This document shows positions 9,724-18,908 of a stretch of 43,394 bases of DNA, in pieces. The stretch's first letter is position 1; each line of letters begins with the position of its first letter. Position numbers and translations under genes: made by a program. The stretch is from Planctomycetota bacterium (GTDB lineage: Bacteria; Planctomycetota; Planctomycetia; Pirellulales; Thermoguttaceae): assembly GCA_015661985.1 (NCBI GenBank), contig DQVB01000391.1:1-43394 (forward strand), in the 5' to 3' direction. The notes under the pieces were generated by a model that ran no database searches, was not told the origin of the DNA, and was given only the letters and a program-made list of their open reading frames with translations.

Positions 9724-11361
9724 CTACTCACCGATCGCTCGCAACGCCTGGCCCGCCGCCCGGCGCACTTCGGGGCTGGGATCTTTCAGCGCCTGGCGCA
9801 ACGCGGGGACCGCGTCCTTGGCCAACGCGCCCAGCGCCCCCAGCGCCTCGGCCGCATGCACGCGCGTGCTGGCCTCGCGTTCCTTGAGCCCGTTGATCAA
9901 CACGGCCACCGATCGGGCGGCCGTTTCGGCGCACTGGGGATCGATGCAGGCCAGTGCCCAGGCGCTGGCCAGAGCCAGGAACCTGTCCGGCGATTTCAGA
10001 TGCCTCTGCAACATCTCTTTGGCCACCTCGGCTTCGGTGCCCAACCTGCCCAAGCAGTAGCAAGCCGCGTAGCGGACCTTCAGGTCGGGATCGTTCAGGC
10101 ACTTGATCACGACCGAAGCAGCGGGCCGGGCGTCCGGACCTATGGCTGCCAGGGCCAACAGCACTTCGCTCCGCGTAGCTGCGTCGGGATCATCCAGGGC
10201 GTCGATCAAGGCGGGCACCGCCGCCTTGGCCTCCGGGCCGATCCGGGCAATGATCGCCGCGGCGCGGGCGCGGACCTCCTGAACCTCGAGCGCTTCGATC
10301 AGCCGTGGCAGCACCTTCAACCTCATGGCGGCCATGGCATCCATGGCCGTGTCCAACACTTCCGGCTTTGCACCCTCCAGCGCCTTCTTCAGCGCGGCCC
10401 GAACGATCTCGGGATCCGGATCCAGGTCGACCAGGGCTCTGGCGGCCGCCTCGCGGGCGAGGCGATGTTCGCACTTCAGTCCCTCGGCCAGGCACGCCAC
10501 GGCCTTCCGCATCCGGGTCTCGTCATCCCGGTGGGTGCGGGCCAGGGTCCAGACGCTGATGATGCGGAGCAAAGGATCACCGGCCTCGGTGTTCTCCTTG
10601 ATTCTCCTTTCCAGCGGCCTGGAGATGCCCCCTATCCTGCCCAACGCGTACGTTGCGGCCGCGGCGTGGATCTCGTCGTCCAACGCTCGGGCCAAAGCCG
10701 AGACGGCCGGCGCCGCGGCTGGACCGATCTCGGCCAGCGCCAATATGGCTTCGCGGCGCAACTGATGATCGGCTCCATCCAAGAGTTTCATCAGCGCAGG
10801 GACGGTCTCCGCAGCCTCCGGGCCCATCTCGCTGATCACCAGACAGGCCCAATAGGCGGCCTGTCCGTCCTGCAAGGCCTCCAACAAAAAGGGAACAGCC
10901 TCCTTGCCCCTGTCAGCCAAGGCGCTGGCCGCCCGAATGGCCACCTCGGGGGCGCTGTCGTTGAGCATTTTGACCAGCAACGGGACGGTCACCTTGGGCC
11001 CAGGACGGATGGCCGCCAACGCTTCGATCGCCTCTCGTCGCACCGCTCCGTCTTCATCGCCCACCAGCGACATCAGGGCGGGCACCGCGGAACGGGCTGC
11101 GCTGCCCATGCGCCCCAGCGAGTTGGCCGCGTGGGCACGGACCACCGCCGAAGGGTCCTTCAGCACGTTCGTCAAGGCCGGAACGGCCGCAGCGGCCTCC
11201 GAGCCCATCAAACCCAGTTGATCTATGCTGGCCAGCCGCTCCGCCGGGCGATCCGACTCCAAGGCCGCGATCAGTTCACGGACGCTCTTCTCTTCGGCCT
11301 TCGCCACCAAGGGGCAGACCACCATGGCCAGCAACAGGCCGGACCGTAACACGCTTTGCAT
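9724..11361 (-). CDS. secreted HEAT-repeat protein
   Basis: ATG at 11361 preceded by GAGGAG. Signal peptide MQSVLRSGLLLAMVVCPLVAKA. This is followed by more than 12 tandem HEAT/PBS-lyase-like repeats (AVPALxxxLxDxDxxVRxxAAxALGxIG). Confidence 0.85.
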   Translation of the reverse strand: MQSVLRSGLLLAMVVCPLVAKAEEKSVRELIAALESDRPAERLASIDQLGLMGSEAAAAVPALTNVLKDPSAVVRAHAANSLGRMGSAARSAVPALMSLVGDEDGAVRREAIEALAAIRPGPKVTVPLLVKMLNDSAPEVAIRAASALADRGKEAVPFLLEALQDGQAAYWACLVISEMGPEAAETVPALMKLLDGADHQLRREAILALAEIGPAAAPAVSALARALDDEIHAAAATYALGRIGGISRPLERRIKENTEAGDPLLRIISVWTLARTHRDDETRMRKAVACLAEGLKCEHRLAREAAARALVDLDPDPEIVRAALKKALEGAKPEVLDTAMDAMAAMRLKVLPRLIEALEVQEVRARAAAIIARIGPEAKAAVPALIDALDDPDAATRSEVLLALAAIGPDARPAASVVIKCLNDPDLKVRYAACYCLGRLGTEAEVAKEMLQRHLKSPDRFLALASAWALACIDPQCAETAARSVAVLINGLKEREASTRVHAAEALGALGALAKDAVPALRQALKDPSPEVRRAAGQALRAIGE

Positions 11362-11601
11362 CTCGTTCTCCTCGAAAAATTTCAGTTCTACGTTCCGTTG
11401 GTCGTGTGGATTCGCCGTTTTCTTGCCATCGTCGCAGGAACAGGAATCCGCCGTTGCCTCTTCACGACGGAGCGTGCCGAGCGCTTCGGTCACCTCCCGA
11501 TGGGGCTTGGCCTGGCGCCGGGGCCCTTTCGCGCCGCTTCACACACCAGACCGCCATGGAACCGAAAAGGTCGGGTCCCGGCCCAGGTGGCCTCCATGGG
11601 C

Positions 11602-12243
11602 TCACTGAACGACGGGCAGCGAGGCTTCATAGGCCAAGCTCTCGAGAAACCGTCTGGAAGCCGTGTAATCGGCGGCGCGAACCTCGCGGATCTGGGACTT
11701 CAGCTCCTCCAGCATCGCGTCCGTCGTGGCCTCCAGCTTCGCATGACGCTCGTAACTCAATGTGCCGGCAACGGCGCGATGGGCGAACAACGCTTCCAGC
11801 ACTTGGCGATACTTGGTGTAACGCTCGGTAGCCAACAGCCTTGGCCAATTGATCTTGCCCGTGACCACGTCCAGCTCGCTGGGGCTCAGCCTCGCCGGTT
11901 TCCCTGCCTGGGCCCAGCGCACTGCGTCCTCCATGGTGGGACGCGGCCGGCGCGCCGCCGCTCGGTAGGCCTTGTTGGCGGCCCGCATCTCGAAATACGT
12001 GTTCGTCCACTGCTCGCGGTTCTTCATGTGCTCCCGCTGGGCCTCCGTCATGTTGATCGCCGCCTGGGAGGTGAGCAGGTTATACGCCCCCTGGGAGCGA
12101 ATCACATTGCCTATCCCCCGGGCGTAGCCCTCGGCGGGCGTCGAGGCCCTGAAGTCCGCATAGGACGGATAGTAGTAATCCTGGCCCCATGCCAAGCCGA
12201 CACCTGTGGCCAGCACGACCAGGCCCGTTACGATAACTCTCAT
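11602..12243 (-). CDS. secreted hypothetical protein
   Basis: ATG at 12243 preceded by AGAGGTG. Signal peptide MRVIVTGLVVLATGVGLAWG. High GC3. No family recognised. Confidence 0.6.
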   Translation of the reverse strand: MRVIVTGLVVLATGVGLAWGQDYYYPSYADFRASTPAEGYARGIGNVIRSQGAYNLLTSQAAINMTEAQREHMKNREQWTNTYFEMRAANKAYRAAARRPRPTMEDAVRWAQAGKPARLSPSELDVVTGKINWPRLLATERYTKYRQVLEALFAHRAVAGTLSYERHAKLEATTDAMLEELKSQIREVRAADYTASRRFLESLAYEASLPVVQ

Positions 12244-12487
12244 TGGCTCGCACCTCTTTCTTGATCTGCAACTCGTGACAGGACAGCTTGCAACTTGTAC
12301 CCGTTCATGCACGGACGATCGTGTCCGTCGTGGCCACCACGGGGTGGACAGCCCACTGTGCCTTCGCCATCGACACCACTGATTTCGCCGCTATCCCAGG
12401 CCGGGAGTCCCGAACAGCCGCCATTGCTGGCCTGCTGAGCCGGCCCGGTGCGGCTTGTGCACCGCGCTTATGGCAGGCGTCCCAGAG

Positions 12488-12503
12488 AGCACGTTCGGTG
12501 CCA
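12488..12503 (-). promoter_or_regulatory. candidate sigma-54 promoter (TGGCACCGAACGTGCT)
   Basis: The reverse strand reads TTGGCAC-C-GAAC-GTGCT with correct GG-N10-GC spacing. It lies 123 bp downstream of the EBP stop and about 245 nt upstream of the 11602..12243 gene. The -12 element is GTGC rather than TTGC. Confidence 0.35.
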
Positions 12504-12625
12504 AAGGTGCGGCTCGAATGGTCATATCGGCGCAAGCCTCTTCGGCAAAACAAGTTGCGTCGACGCGGGACGGCAGCCGAGGGCAGCCGCTGAGAGTGCC
12601 GTCCTCCGAAATATCGGACAACCCA

Positions 12626-14284
12626 CTAGATTTCGTGGCTTCGTCCCGCCCGCCGGATGCCCAGTCTCCGCATACGAGACTCCAGTGTCGTGGGCTTCAG
12701 CCCCAGGAGTTCGGCGGCGCCGTTGTTGCCCCGGATCCGCCACCCGGTTCGTTCCAGGACCTGCAAGATGTGTCGCCGCTCCACATCGCGCAGGGTCAGG
12801 TCCGAAGTCACTCCAGCGCCCCCGCCCGCGCTGGGCACCTCGACGTGCAGGCAGGGGCCCCTGGTCAGGATCATCGCCCGCTCGATGACGTTCCTCAGTT
12901 CCCGCACGTTGCCCGGCCATGGGTATCGCCGGAGAGCTTCCATGGTCTTGCGCGGGATGGTCTCGATGATCTTGCCCATCCTCTGGCTGAACTCCTGAAC
13001 GAACGCCCACACCAAAAGCGGGATATCCTCGGGCCGCTCTCGGAGCGGTGGGACGTTGATGGGAAAGACGGTCAGGCGGTGGTAGAGGTCCTGGCGGAAT
13101 CGGCCCTTCCGAACAGCCTCCTCCAGGTCCCGGTTCGTAGCGGCGATCATCCGTACATCAACCCGGATGGTCTGAGAACTCCCCAACCGCTCGAACTGAC
13201 CCGTCTCCAGCACACGGAGTAGCTTGGCTTGAAGCTCCAGCGGCAGTTCCGCCACTTCGTCCAACAACATGGTCGACCCGTCGGCCACCTCGAAGCGCCC
13301 GGCCTGTTTGGACAACGCTCCCGTGTAAGCCCCTTCCTCGCGCCCGAACAATTCGCCCTCCACCAGCGTCGGTGGCAGCGCAGCACAGTTCACCGTGAGC
13401 ATGGGCCGGTCCCGCCGGCCGCTGAGTCGGTGGATCGCGCGGGCCAGCAACTCCTTCCCGCTGCCCGTCTCGCCGCAGATGAGCACGGTCGAGTCCGTAA
13501 CGGCCACCTGCTCGACCTGACGCAGCACCGCCCTGATGGCCGCACTCTCGCCTATGATCTCTTCGTGCTGATAGCGGAGCAAGATCTCTTCACGGAGATT
13601 GACGTTGTCACGTTCCAGACATTCCTTCAGTCGTTTGACCTCGTCAAGGGCCTGTTTCAACTCGAACTCGGCCTGTTTTCGCAAGTTGATGTCTTCGATG
13701 CAGACGACGACCCCGCGGCCTTCGGCCAGAGCCAAAGGCGCCGTGGAAACCAAGTAGTACGCAAAGTCCGGCGACGATCCTGCGCCGGTCTGCAACTTGA
13801 CTTCCACCTGGTGATGAAGGCGACCGCGCTGGCAGCTGTCCGCCACCAACCGGCGCACGGGGCAGTTCCGGCATTCAGGCCCCGCGCCGCATCCGCGCGG
13901 GTCATCGGCTGCGCGGACGCAACCGACGGCGCTGCCGAAACACCGCCCCTGAATGGCCCCCGACGGGCCACCCAGCGAACGCTCGGCTGTATGGTTCATC
14001 CCGCAGATCCGCTGTTGGCTGTCCAACAGCAACATGGCCACCGGCGCCTCCAGGAAGACCTTTCTGAAAACCGCCTCACCCGGGGCCACCGTCTGGTTCG
14101 TGTCCGATTGGTCCGTATCGGAGTCCGGTTGGCCACTTGGATCGAAGCACGCCGCGGCCAGCTTCGGATCCGCAGAGCTCAGATCCGCCACCGGCTCCGG
14201 CTCCGCCGCGGCCTCAGACTCCGAGCGGCTGGTCTGGTCGCAGCAGACACCGGCGCCGGGACGTGGAGGTTCACCAACTCTCAT
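12626..14284 (-). CDS. sigma-54-dependent transcriptional activator (PAS sensor, AAA+ domain, Fis-type HTH)
   Basis: ATG at 14284 (GGAGAGG upstream). Walker A GETGSGKE, a GAFTGA variant GAYTGA, and a C-terminal HTH AAELLGLKPTTLESRMRRLGI. The N-terminal PAS-like domain contains 6 Cys. Confidence 0.92.
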   Translation of the reverse strand: MRVGEPPRPGAGVCCDQTSRSESEAAAEPEPVADLSSADPKLAAACFDPSGQPDSDTDQSDTNQTVAPGEAVFRKVFLEAPVAMLLLDSQQRICGMNHTAERSLGGPSGAIQGRCFGSAVGCVRAADDPRGCGAGPECRNCPVRRLVADSCQRGRLHHQVEVKLQTGAGSSPDFAYYLVSTAPLALAEGRGVVVCIEDINLRKQAEFELKQALDEVKRLKECLERDNVNLREEILLRYQHEEIIGESAAIRAVLRQVEQVAVTDSTVLICGETGSGKELLARAIHRLSGRRDRPMLTVNCAALPPTLVEGELFGREEGAYTGALSKQAGRFEVADGSTMLLDEVAELPLELQAKLLRVLETGQFERLGSSQTIRVDVRMIAATNRDLEEAVRKGRFRQDLYHRLTVFPINVPPLRERPEDIPLLVWAFVQEFSQRMGKIIETIPRKTMEALRRYPWPGNVRELRNVIERAMILTRGPCLHVEVPSAGGGAGVTSDLTLRDVERRHILQVLERTGWRIRGNNGAAELLGLKPTTLESRMRRLGIRRAGRSHEI

Positions 14285-14717
14285 CTTCTTCGCCTCTCCC
14301 CAAACCACCCGGACCGACGGATCCGCCACCAAGATTCCCGGTCCCGTTCGCCTACGAAAGACCCTCCCGCACAGCCCGCAACCGGCGCCTACCGCCAGCC
14401 GTGCGATGCGGCCCGGTGGCACCCCACAAGGAGCTCATCCGCCGCGGCACCCGAGCGCTGGATCACGGCAATCCTGCGTGCGACCCCTCCGCGGTCACAC
14501 GGTAATGGTGACGGGCGAGGCCGCCAGGACGAGTCTGGGGGGCAATTGACCCGAATCGCTCGCCGCGCAGTCCCCACACCCCATCATCGCGCCCGCAATT
14601 CTACCGGGCCAGTGAACTTTGTGTAGTCTCGGGCCGTTTGCCCCGACGAGCCACTTCAGGGTACGGCGAAACCGGCTCGAGTTATCCGGCAAGGATGGTG
14701 GACACCTGTGGCGCCGC

Positions 14718-14742
14718 AAAAGCGGGGCGACTCGTGCCCCGC
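14718..14742 (-). terminator. intrinsic terminator downstream of rtcA
   Basis: On the reverse strand: GCGGGGC-ACGAGTC-GCCCCGC followed by TTTTG. It lies about 115 nt after the rtcA stop. Confidence 0.6.
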
Positions 14743-14858
14743 ATGACGGGCGCCGCACGTCGACACAGATGGGTGGTACCCGGCAGCAGGACGCAAGAGG
14801 GGCCGATGCAGCGGGGCGCCGACCGCCGGGTGAGTCAGGGCCCCTTGCGCATCGCCAC

Positions 14859-15899
14859 CTACCGGCGTGGTCCGATGCGCACGCAGACGTCGTCGCGCTG
14901 TGGCGACTCCACTTCGATATCCACCTGAAGGAACCAGTCCAGGAGTTCCAAATGGGTTCGGCTGTGTGAGGTCAGCTCCAACGTCCTGTACTGGCCGCCG
15001 CCGCTTCCTTGGTGAGCGCCGATGGCCAGGGGCAACATGAGCTGGTCGGCCAAATGCGGCCCAACGGGCACTTCGGCTTGCAGATACCGGCTCGCCTCGG
15101 ACCATACTTCGGCCGCCACCTGTTCGGCCGGCACCCCTTTGCGGCCAAAGGCTGTAAACACCTCGGTCACCGTTTCCGACTCGATCTCGATCATCACCAC
15201 GTTGCCCGGCCCGGGGGAATCGCGCACCAGTTCCGTGACAAAGCACTTCGGCTCCCAGCCGGAATGTGCAGCCAGGGTGCTACACTCGCGCCGGGCGATA
15301 TGCTCAGGCAAACGGGCCAGGAGAACGCGCCCGCGGCGGGCGATGAGGGGGCCGCGGCGGACGAGTTCCAGGCGGCCCAGTTGGCGGGCCGGCGTCACGG
15401 CGACACGCAGACGCCCGCCCCCGGCTGGATAGAAGCCCGGCCGCTCGAGCACGGCTTCCACGCGTGGGCCCAACCGGGCGATCAGCGGCAGGTAGGTTTT
15501 GGCCAGGAACTCGAAGGGCGGGGCCATGGGGTTGTGGGTCCCTCCTTCGAGCACCAGCTGCGAAGGGCCCCCTGCCGTCAGCAGGGCCGGCAGCACGGTC
15601 TGGAGCACCAGCGTCGTGCTGCCGGCGGTACCCACGTCGAACCGGTATGATCCCGGTTTGACGCGGCCAGGCTGGAAGCGCAGGCGCCGTGAGCCGAGCT
15701 GGGCCCCCTCCACCTCCGCCTCGCTCAGGCGGCCAGCGGCAGTCACCGCGGTCAAGTGCTGGCGTCTCAACCCGGGGCGCGGCCGCCCCGCGCGGATGTT
15801 GCGGATCTCCACCGGCTCGCCGGTTACCAGCGAAAGGGCAAGCGACGTGCGGATGATCTGTCCGCCACCCTCACCCATGGCACCGTCGATGGTCAACAC
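14859..15899 (-). CDS. rtcA: RNA 3'-terminal phosphate cyclase
   Basis: GTG at 15899 with GAGGGAG 7 nt upstream. The sequence LTIDGAMGEGGGQIIRTSLALSLVTGEPVEIRNIRAGRPRPGLRRQHL matches the RtcA N-terminal signature. Confidence 0.92.
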   Translation of the reverse strand: MLTIDGAMGEGGGQIIRTSLALSLVTGEPVEIRNIRAGRPRPGLRRQHLTAVTAAGRLSEAEVEGAQLGSRRLRFQPGRVKPGSYRFDVGTAGSTTLVLQTVLPALLTAGGPSQLVLEGGTHNPMAPPFEFLAKTYLPLIARLGPRVEAVLERPGFYPAGGGRLRVAVTPARQLGRLELVRRGPLIARRGRVLLARLPEHIARRECSTLAAHSGWEPKCFVTELVRDSPGPGNVVMIEIESETVTEVFTAFGRKGVPAEQVAAEVWSEASRYLQAEVPVGPHLADQLMLPLAIGAHQGSGGGQYRTLELTSHSRTHLELLDWFLQVDIEVESPQRDDVCVRIGPRR

Positions 15900-15941
15900 G
15901 GCCCGGCTCCCTCGCCCGCCAGCCCGCCGGTCGCCCCGTCC

Positions 15942-16940
15942 CTACTGGAACGCCACCCCAATCTTGCCGCCCAGCTCCAACAGGTATTGCCTGGACTTGT
16001 CATACTCCTCAGGCCCTTTCATGTGTTCGATCATCAGCGGCACGTCCCGGGGCAGGGCCGCCAGGCGTTTCAGGTAGGTCGCGTAATCCAGCACCCCGGT
16101 CCCCAAAGTCACTTCGCGGAAGTGGATCTGCATCTCCACCTCCCATGCCACGTCTTTGGCATGACAGCTGACGATCCACGGCCCCAGCTTGTCGAAACAT
16201 TCGTCCAGCAAAGCCGTGTTCTGATAGAACCGCGACGGGCAGTTGACCAGGTTGCAGGGATCCAGGTGCACGGCGAAAGCTTCCCGATCGACGGCCCGGA
16301 TCATCTCCAAGTAGGCGTCGGGGCTGTCCGGCAGCGCCCAGCCCATCATTTCATAACAGAACTTGGCCCGTTTGGGTTTCACGGCGTCGATGATAGCCCG
16401 GGCGTTTTCCACGGCCGCCTCGAAGAATTCCCGCGACAAGTTCTTCCGGTGCGGGCCGTACCAGACGTCGCGATTGAAGGACCCGGCGATGTCCACACAG
16501 CAGCGGGCACCGATCGCATCGGCCAGAGCCAAACCTTCGGTCACTCGCTTCAGGTTGGCCGCCCGTTTCTGGGGGTCTGCGTCCAAGAGATTGCACCAGC
16601 GGCCAACCTCGGCAATCACCACGTCGTGCTTGGCGAAGGCCCGCTCGATCTGGCGGATCCGAGCTGTGTCGTCGAGGTCGACCGGTGGACAATAGGCGGC
16701 TCGATAGCCGAGCCGGCGATGAGCCCGGGCCAACTGCTCGGGGTCCTCCGGGCGGCTGAAAACGGGGCCCCCGAGGCGAATGGGTCCGACGCCGGCCGCC
16801 CCATCCCGGGGGGACGCGCTGAAGGACACTGTCCGCCGTGGCCGTCTTGGCTCCGATGACCAACCCATCCCGCCCATCGCGGCCGTCGCCGCAAAGGCCT
16901 GCCGCAGCAATTGCCGACGAGTCTTTCGTTTGCTTCCCAT
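15942..16940 (-). CDS. sugar phosphate isomerase/epimerase (xylose isomerase-like TIM barrel) with Tat signal
   Basis: ATG at 16940 (AAGGGAG upstream). Twin-arginine signal MGSKRKTRRQLLRQAFAATAA. TIM-barrel AP-endonuclease-2-like body. Confidence 0.8.
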   Translation of the reverse strand: MGSKRKTRRQLLRQAFAATAAMGGMGWSSEPRRPRRTVSFSASPRDGAAGVGPIRLGGPVFSRPEDPEQLARAHRRLGYRAAYCPPVDLDDTARIRQIERAFAKHDVVIAEVGRWCNLLDADPQKRAANLKRVTEGLALADAIGARCCVDIAGSFNRDVWYGPHRKNLSREFFEAAVENARAIIDAVKPKRAKFCYEMMGWALPDSPDAYLEMIRAVDREAFAVHLDPCNLVNCPSRFYQNTALLDECFDKLGPWIVSCHAKDVAWEVEMQIHFREVTLGTGVLDYATYLKRLAALPRDVPLMIEHMKGPEEYDKSRQYLLELGGKIGVAFQ

Positions 16941-17067
16941 GGCGCTTTGCTCCCTTTGCGTGCCTTCCGGACGGTCTCGTGGACGGTCCATTATAGCCGC
17001 CCTGCGTACCGGCAGAAGCGATGACCGTCTGCTTGGCCGGATCACGTGCTTCGCCGACCCGAGCCGT

Positions 17068-17892
17068 TCAGGGGGAATGGCGGGGCCAGTTCAGTGGGCT
17101 GCGGACGGCCAATTTGGCGCGTGCGGCGCGCAGGGGAGAGGCCACTACGAACCAGCCCAGGACCAGGGGAATGACCAGTTCGGGAGCGGCGAGACTGGCC
17201 ACCACGGCGAAGATCAGCAGTATCAGCTGTTGGTAGCGATGCCGCCGGCGCAGAATCTGGTTCGTCACGTGAGGATAGCGGATGCGGGAGACCATCAGGC
17301 ACGCCAGCACGAGGGCGCAGAGCGGGATGATCTTGGCCGCAGCGGGCAAAACCCAAGTGCCAACGGCCCGGGCCAGGGGGGACATGGATGGGTCGGTCAA
17401 CTCGCTGACGCGCGGCATGGCGATGGCGAAAGAAGCCAGCGCCCCGGCTGCCGCCGGACTGGGCAGACCCATGAACGATTCGTGCGTGTCCTCCTCGTCC
17501 AGCTGCACGTTGAAGCGGGCCAGGCGCAAAGCGGCGCAAACCACAAACAGTACGGCCACCATCCAGAGCAGGCGGGGATGATAGGCCTGGGGGAACTTCA
17601 ACAGCAGAAAAGCGGGGGCCACACCGAAACTGACCAGATCGCACAGGCTATCCAGCTGCGAACCGAATTCGCTGGTCCGCCGCGTCCATCGCGCCACGTG
17701 CCCATCCAAAGCGTCGAACACCATGGCCAAGAAAATCAAAAACGCCGGGACCACCAGCGTATCGTACTCCGTAGCCACCGGTCCCACCTTGGCCGCCATG
17801 GTAATGCTGCCGAACCCGCAGACGGCATTGCCCAAGGTCAACAACGTCGGCAAGGCGGGAAACAGCTTTTCTTTCGGACTGATGGGTAGCAT
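17068..17892 (-). CDS. pssA: CDP-diacylglycerol--serine O-phosphatidyltransferase
   Basis: CDP-alcohol phosphatidyltransferase motif DALDGHVARWTRRTSEFGSQLDSLCD in a polytopic membrane protein. Its start overlaps the psd stop (TAATG). Confidence 0.9.
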   Translation of the reverse strand: MLPISPKEKLFPALPTLLTLGNAVCGFGSITMAAKVGPVATEYDTLVVPAFLIFLAMVFDALDGHVARWTRRTSEFGSQLDSLCDLVSFGVAPAFLLLKFPQAYHPRLLWMVAVLFVVCAALRLARFNVQLDEEDTHESFMGLPSPAAAGALASFAIAMPRVSELTDPSMSPLARAVGTWVLPAAAKIIPLCALVLACLMVSRIRYPHVTNQILRRRHRYQQLILLIFAVVASLAAPELVIPLVLGWFVVASPLRAARAKLAVRSPLNWPRHSP

Positions 17893-18908
17893 TACGATCC
17901 GCTTTCCTCCGCTCTGGGGGATTGACGACCCCGCGACTTCCCCGGGCCCGTCGCAACGGGCGCGAAACGGGCTACGACCGACACTCCAGCCCGGACCTTC
18001 TGGCCCACACGGGCTTCGACGACGAGCCCAGGCTCTCGCGGCAATACCAGCTCGGTGCGCGAACCCAACTTGATCATCCCGATCCTGGCACCCCGCTCGA
18101 TCCGCTCACCAGGCTGGAGCCAACAGACGATGCGACGAGCCACCGCCCCAGAGATCTGGCGCACCACCATCCGCCGGTGAGGCGGGCTCTTCTCCTCCAG
18201 GCGGATCGCCAGTTGTTCGTTTTCCCGAGCCGCTGCCGGCCGCATGGCGCTCAAGAACTTCCCCGGCCGATAGCTGAGGCCGATCACCCGAGCGGCCACG
18301 GGAGCGCGATTGATGTGCACGTCGAAAAGGGAAAGAAAAATGCTGATCACCACCGCCGGACCACCCACGTGCGGCTCGTCGTCCAACTCCTCCACAGCCA
18401 CCACCTTGCCGTCGGCCGGGGCCAATACCAAGCCCTCATCTTGCGGAACCCGCCGCGGTGGATCGCGAAAGAACCACAACACGACCAGACCCGCCAGCGC
18501 CGGCACCAGCGCCGCCGGCCACCACAAGGCTGCCAAAGCCGCGGCGATCAGAAAACAGCCGCCCCCAAAGATCACCACCTCGCCCAACCCGACGCGCGCC
18601 ACTGGGAGCCGGTCGCGCCACCGGAACGGATCGTCCTGCTCCGACCACCAATACCCGCCCTGGTTGCGGTAGTACTTCACATCGCGCGGGTCCAACACCT
18701 CGTGCGGACAGCGGTTCTCCCCGCCCCGGCGCAGGGCCCGCATCCTCGCCACATACCCCGGGCGGAATGTTTTCAAATACCACCGCCGCCAGTAGCCCCA
18801 AGCCAGCTCGATGCGCATACAAAACCCCCCGCCCGGCTGGATGGACGTGATCCCCGGGTCCATGGGCTCAACGACCACCGGCCCGGCAGGAGCATCAGAA
18901 ACCGACAT
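17892..18908 (-). CDS. psd: phosphatidylserine decarboxylase proenzyme (short Asd type) with N-terminal extension
   Basis: C-terminal core with the LGSRTE self-cleavage site. I chose the ATG at 18908; alternatives are at 18863 and 18818. The ORF upstream to 19388 is Arg-rich junk. Confidence 0.85.
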   Translation of the reverse strand: MSVSDAPAGPVVVEPMDPGITSIQPGGGFCMRIELAWGYWRRWYLKTFRPGYVARMRALRRGGENRCPHEVLDPRDVKYYRNQGGYWWSEQDDPFRWRDRLPVARVGLGEVVIFGGGCFLIAAALAALWWPAALVPALAGLVVLWFFRDPPRRVPQDEGLVLAPADGKVVAVEELDDEPHVGGPAVVISIFLSLFDVHINRAPVAARVIGLSYRPGKFLSAMRPAAARENEQLAIRLEEKSPPHRRMVVRQISGAVARRIVCWLQPGERIERGARIGMIKLGSRTELVLPREPGLVVEARVGQKVRAGVSVVARFAPVATGPGKSRGRQSPRAEESGS

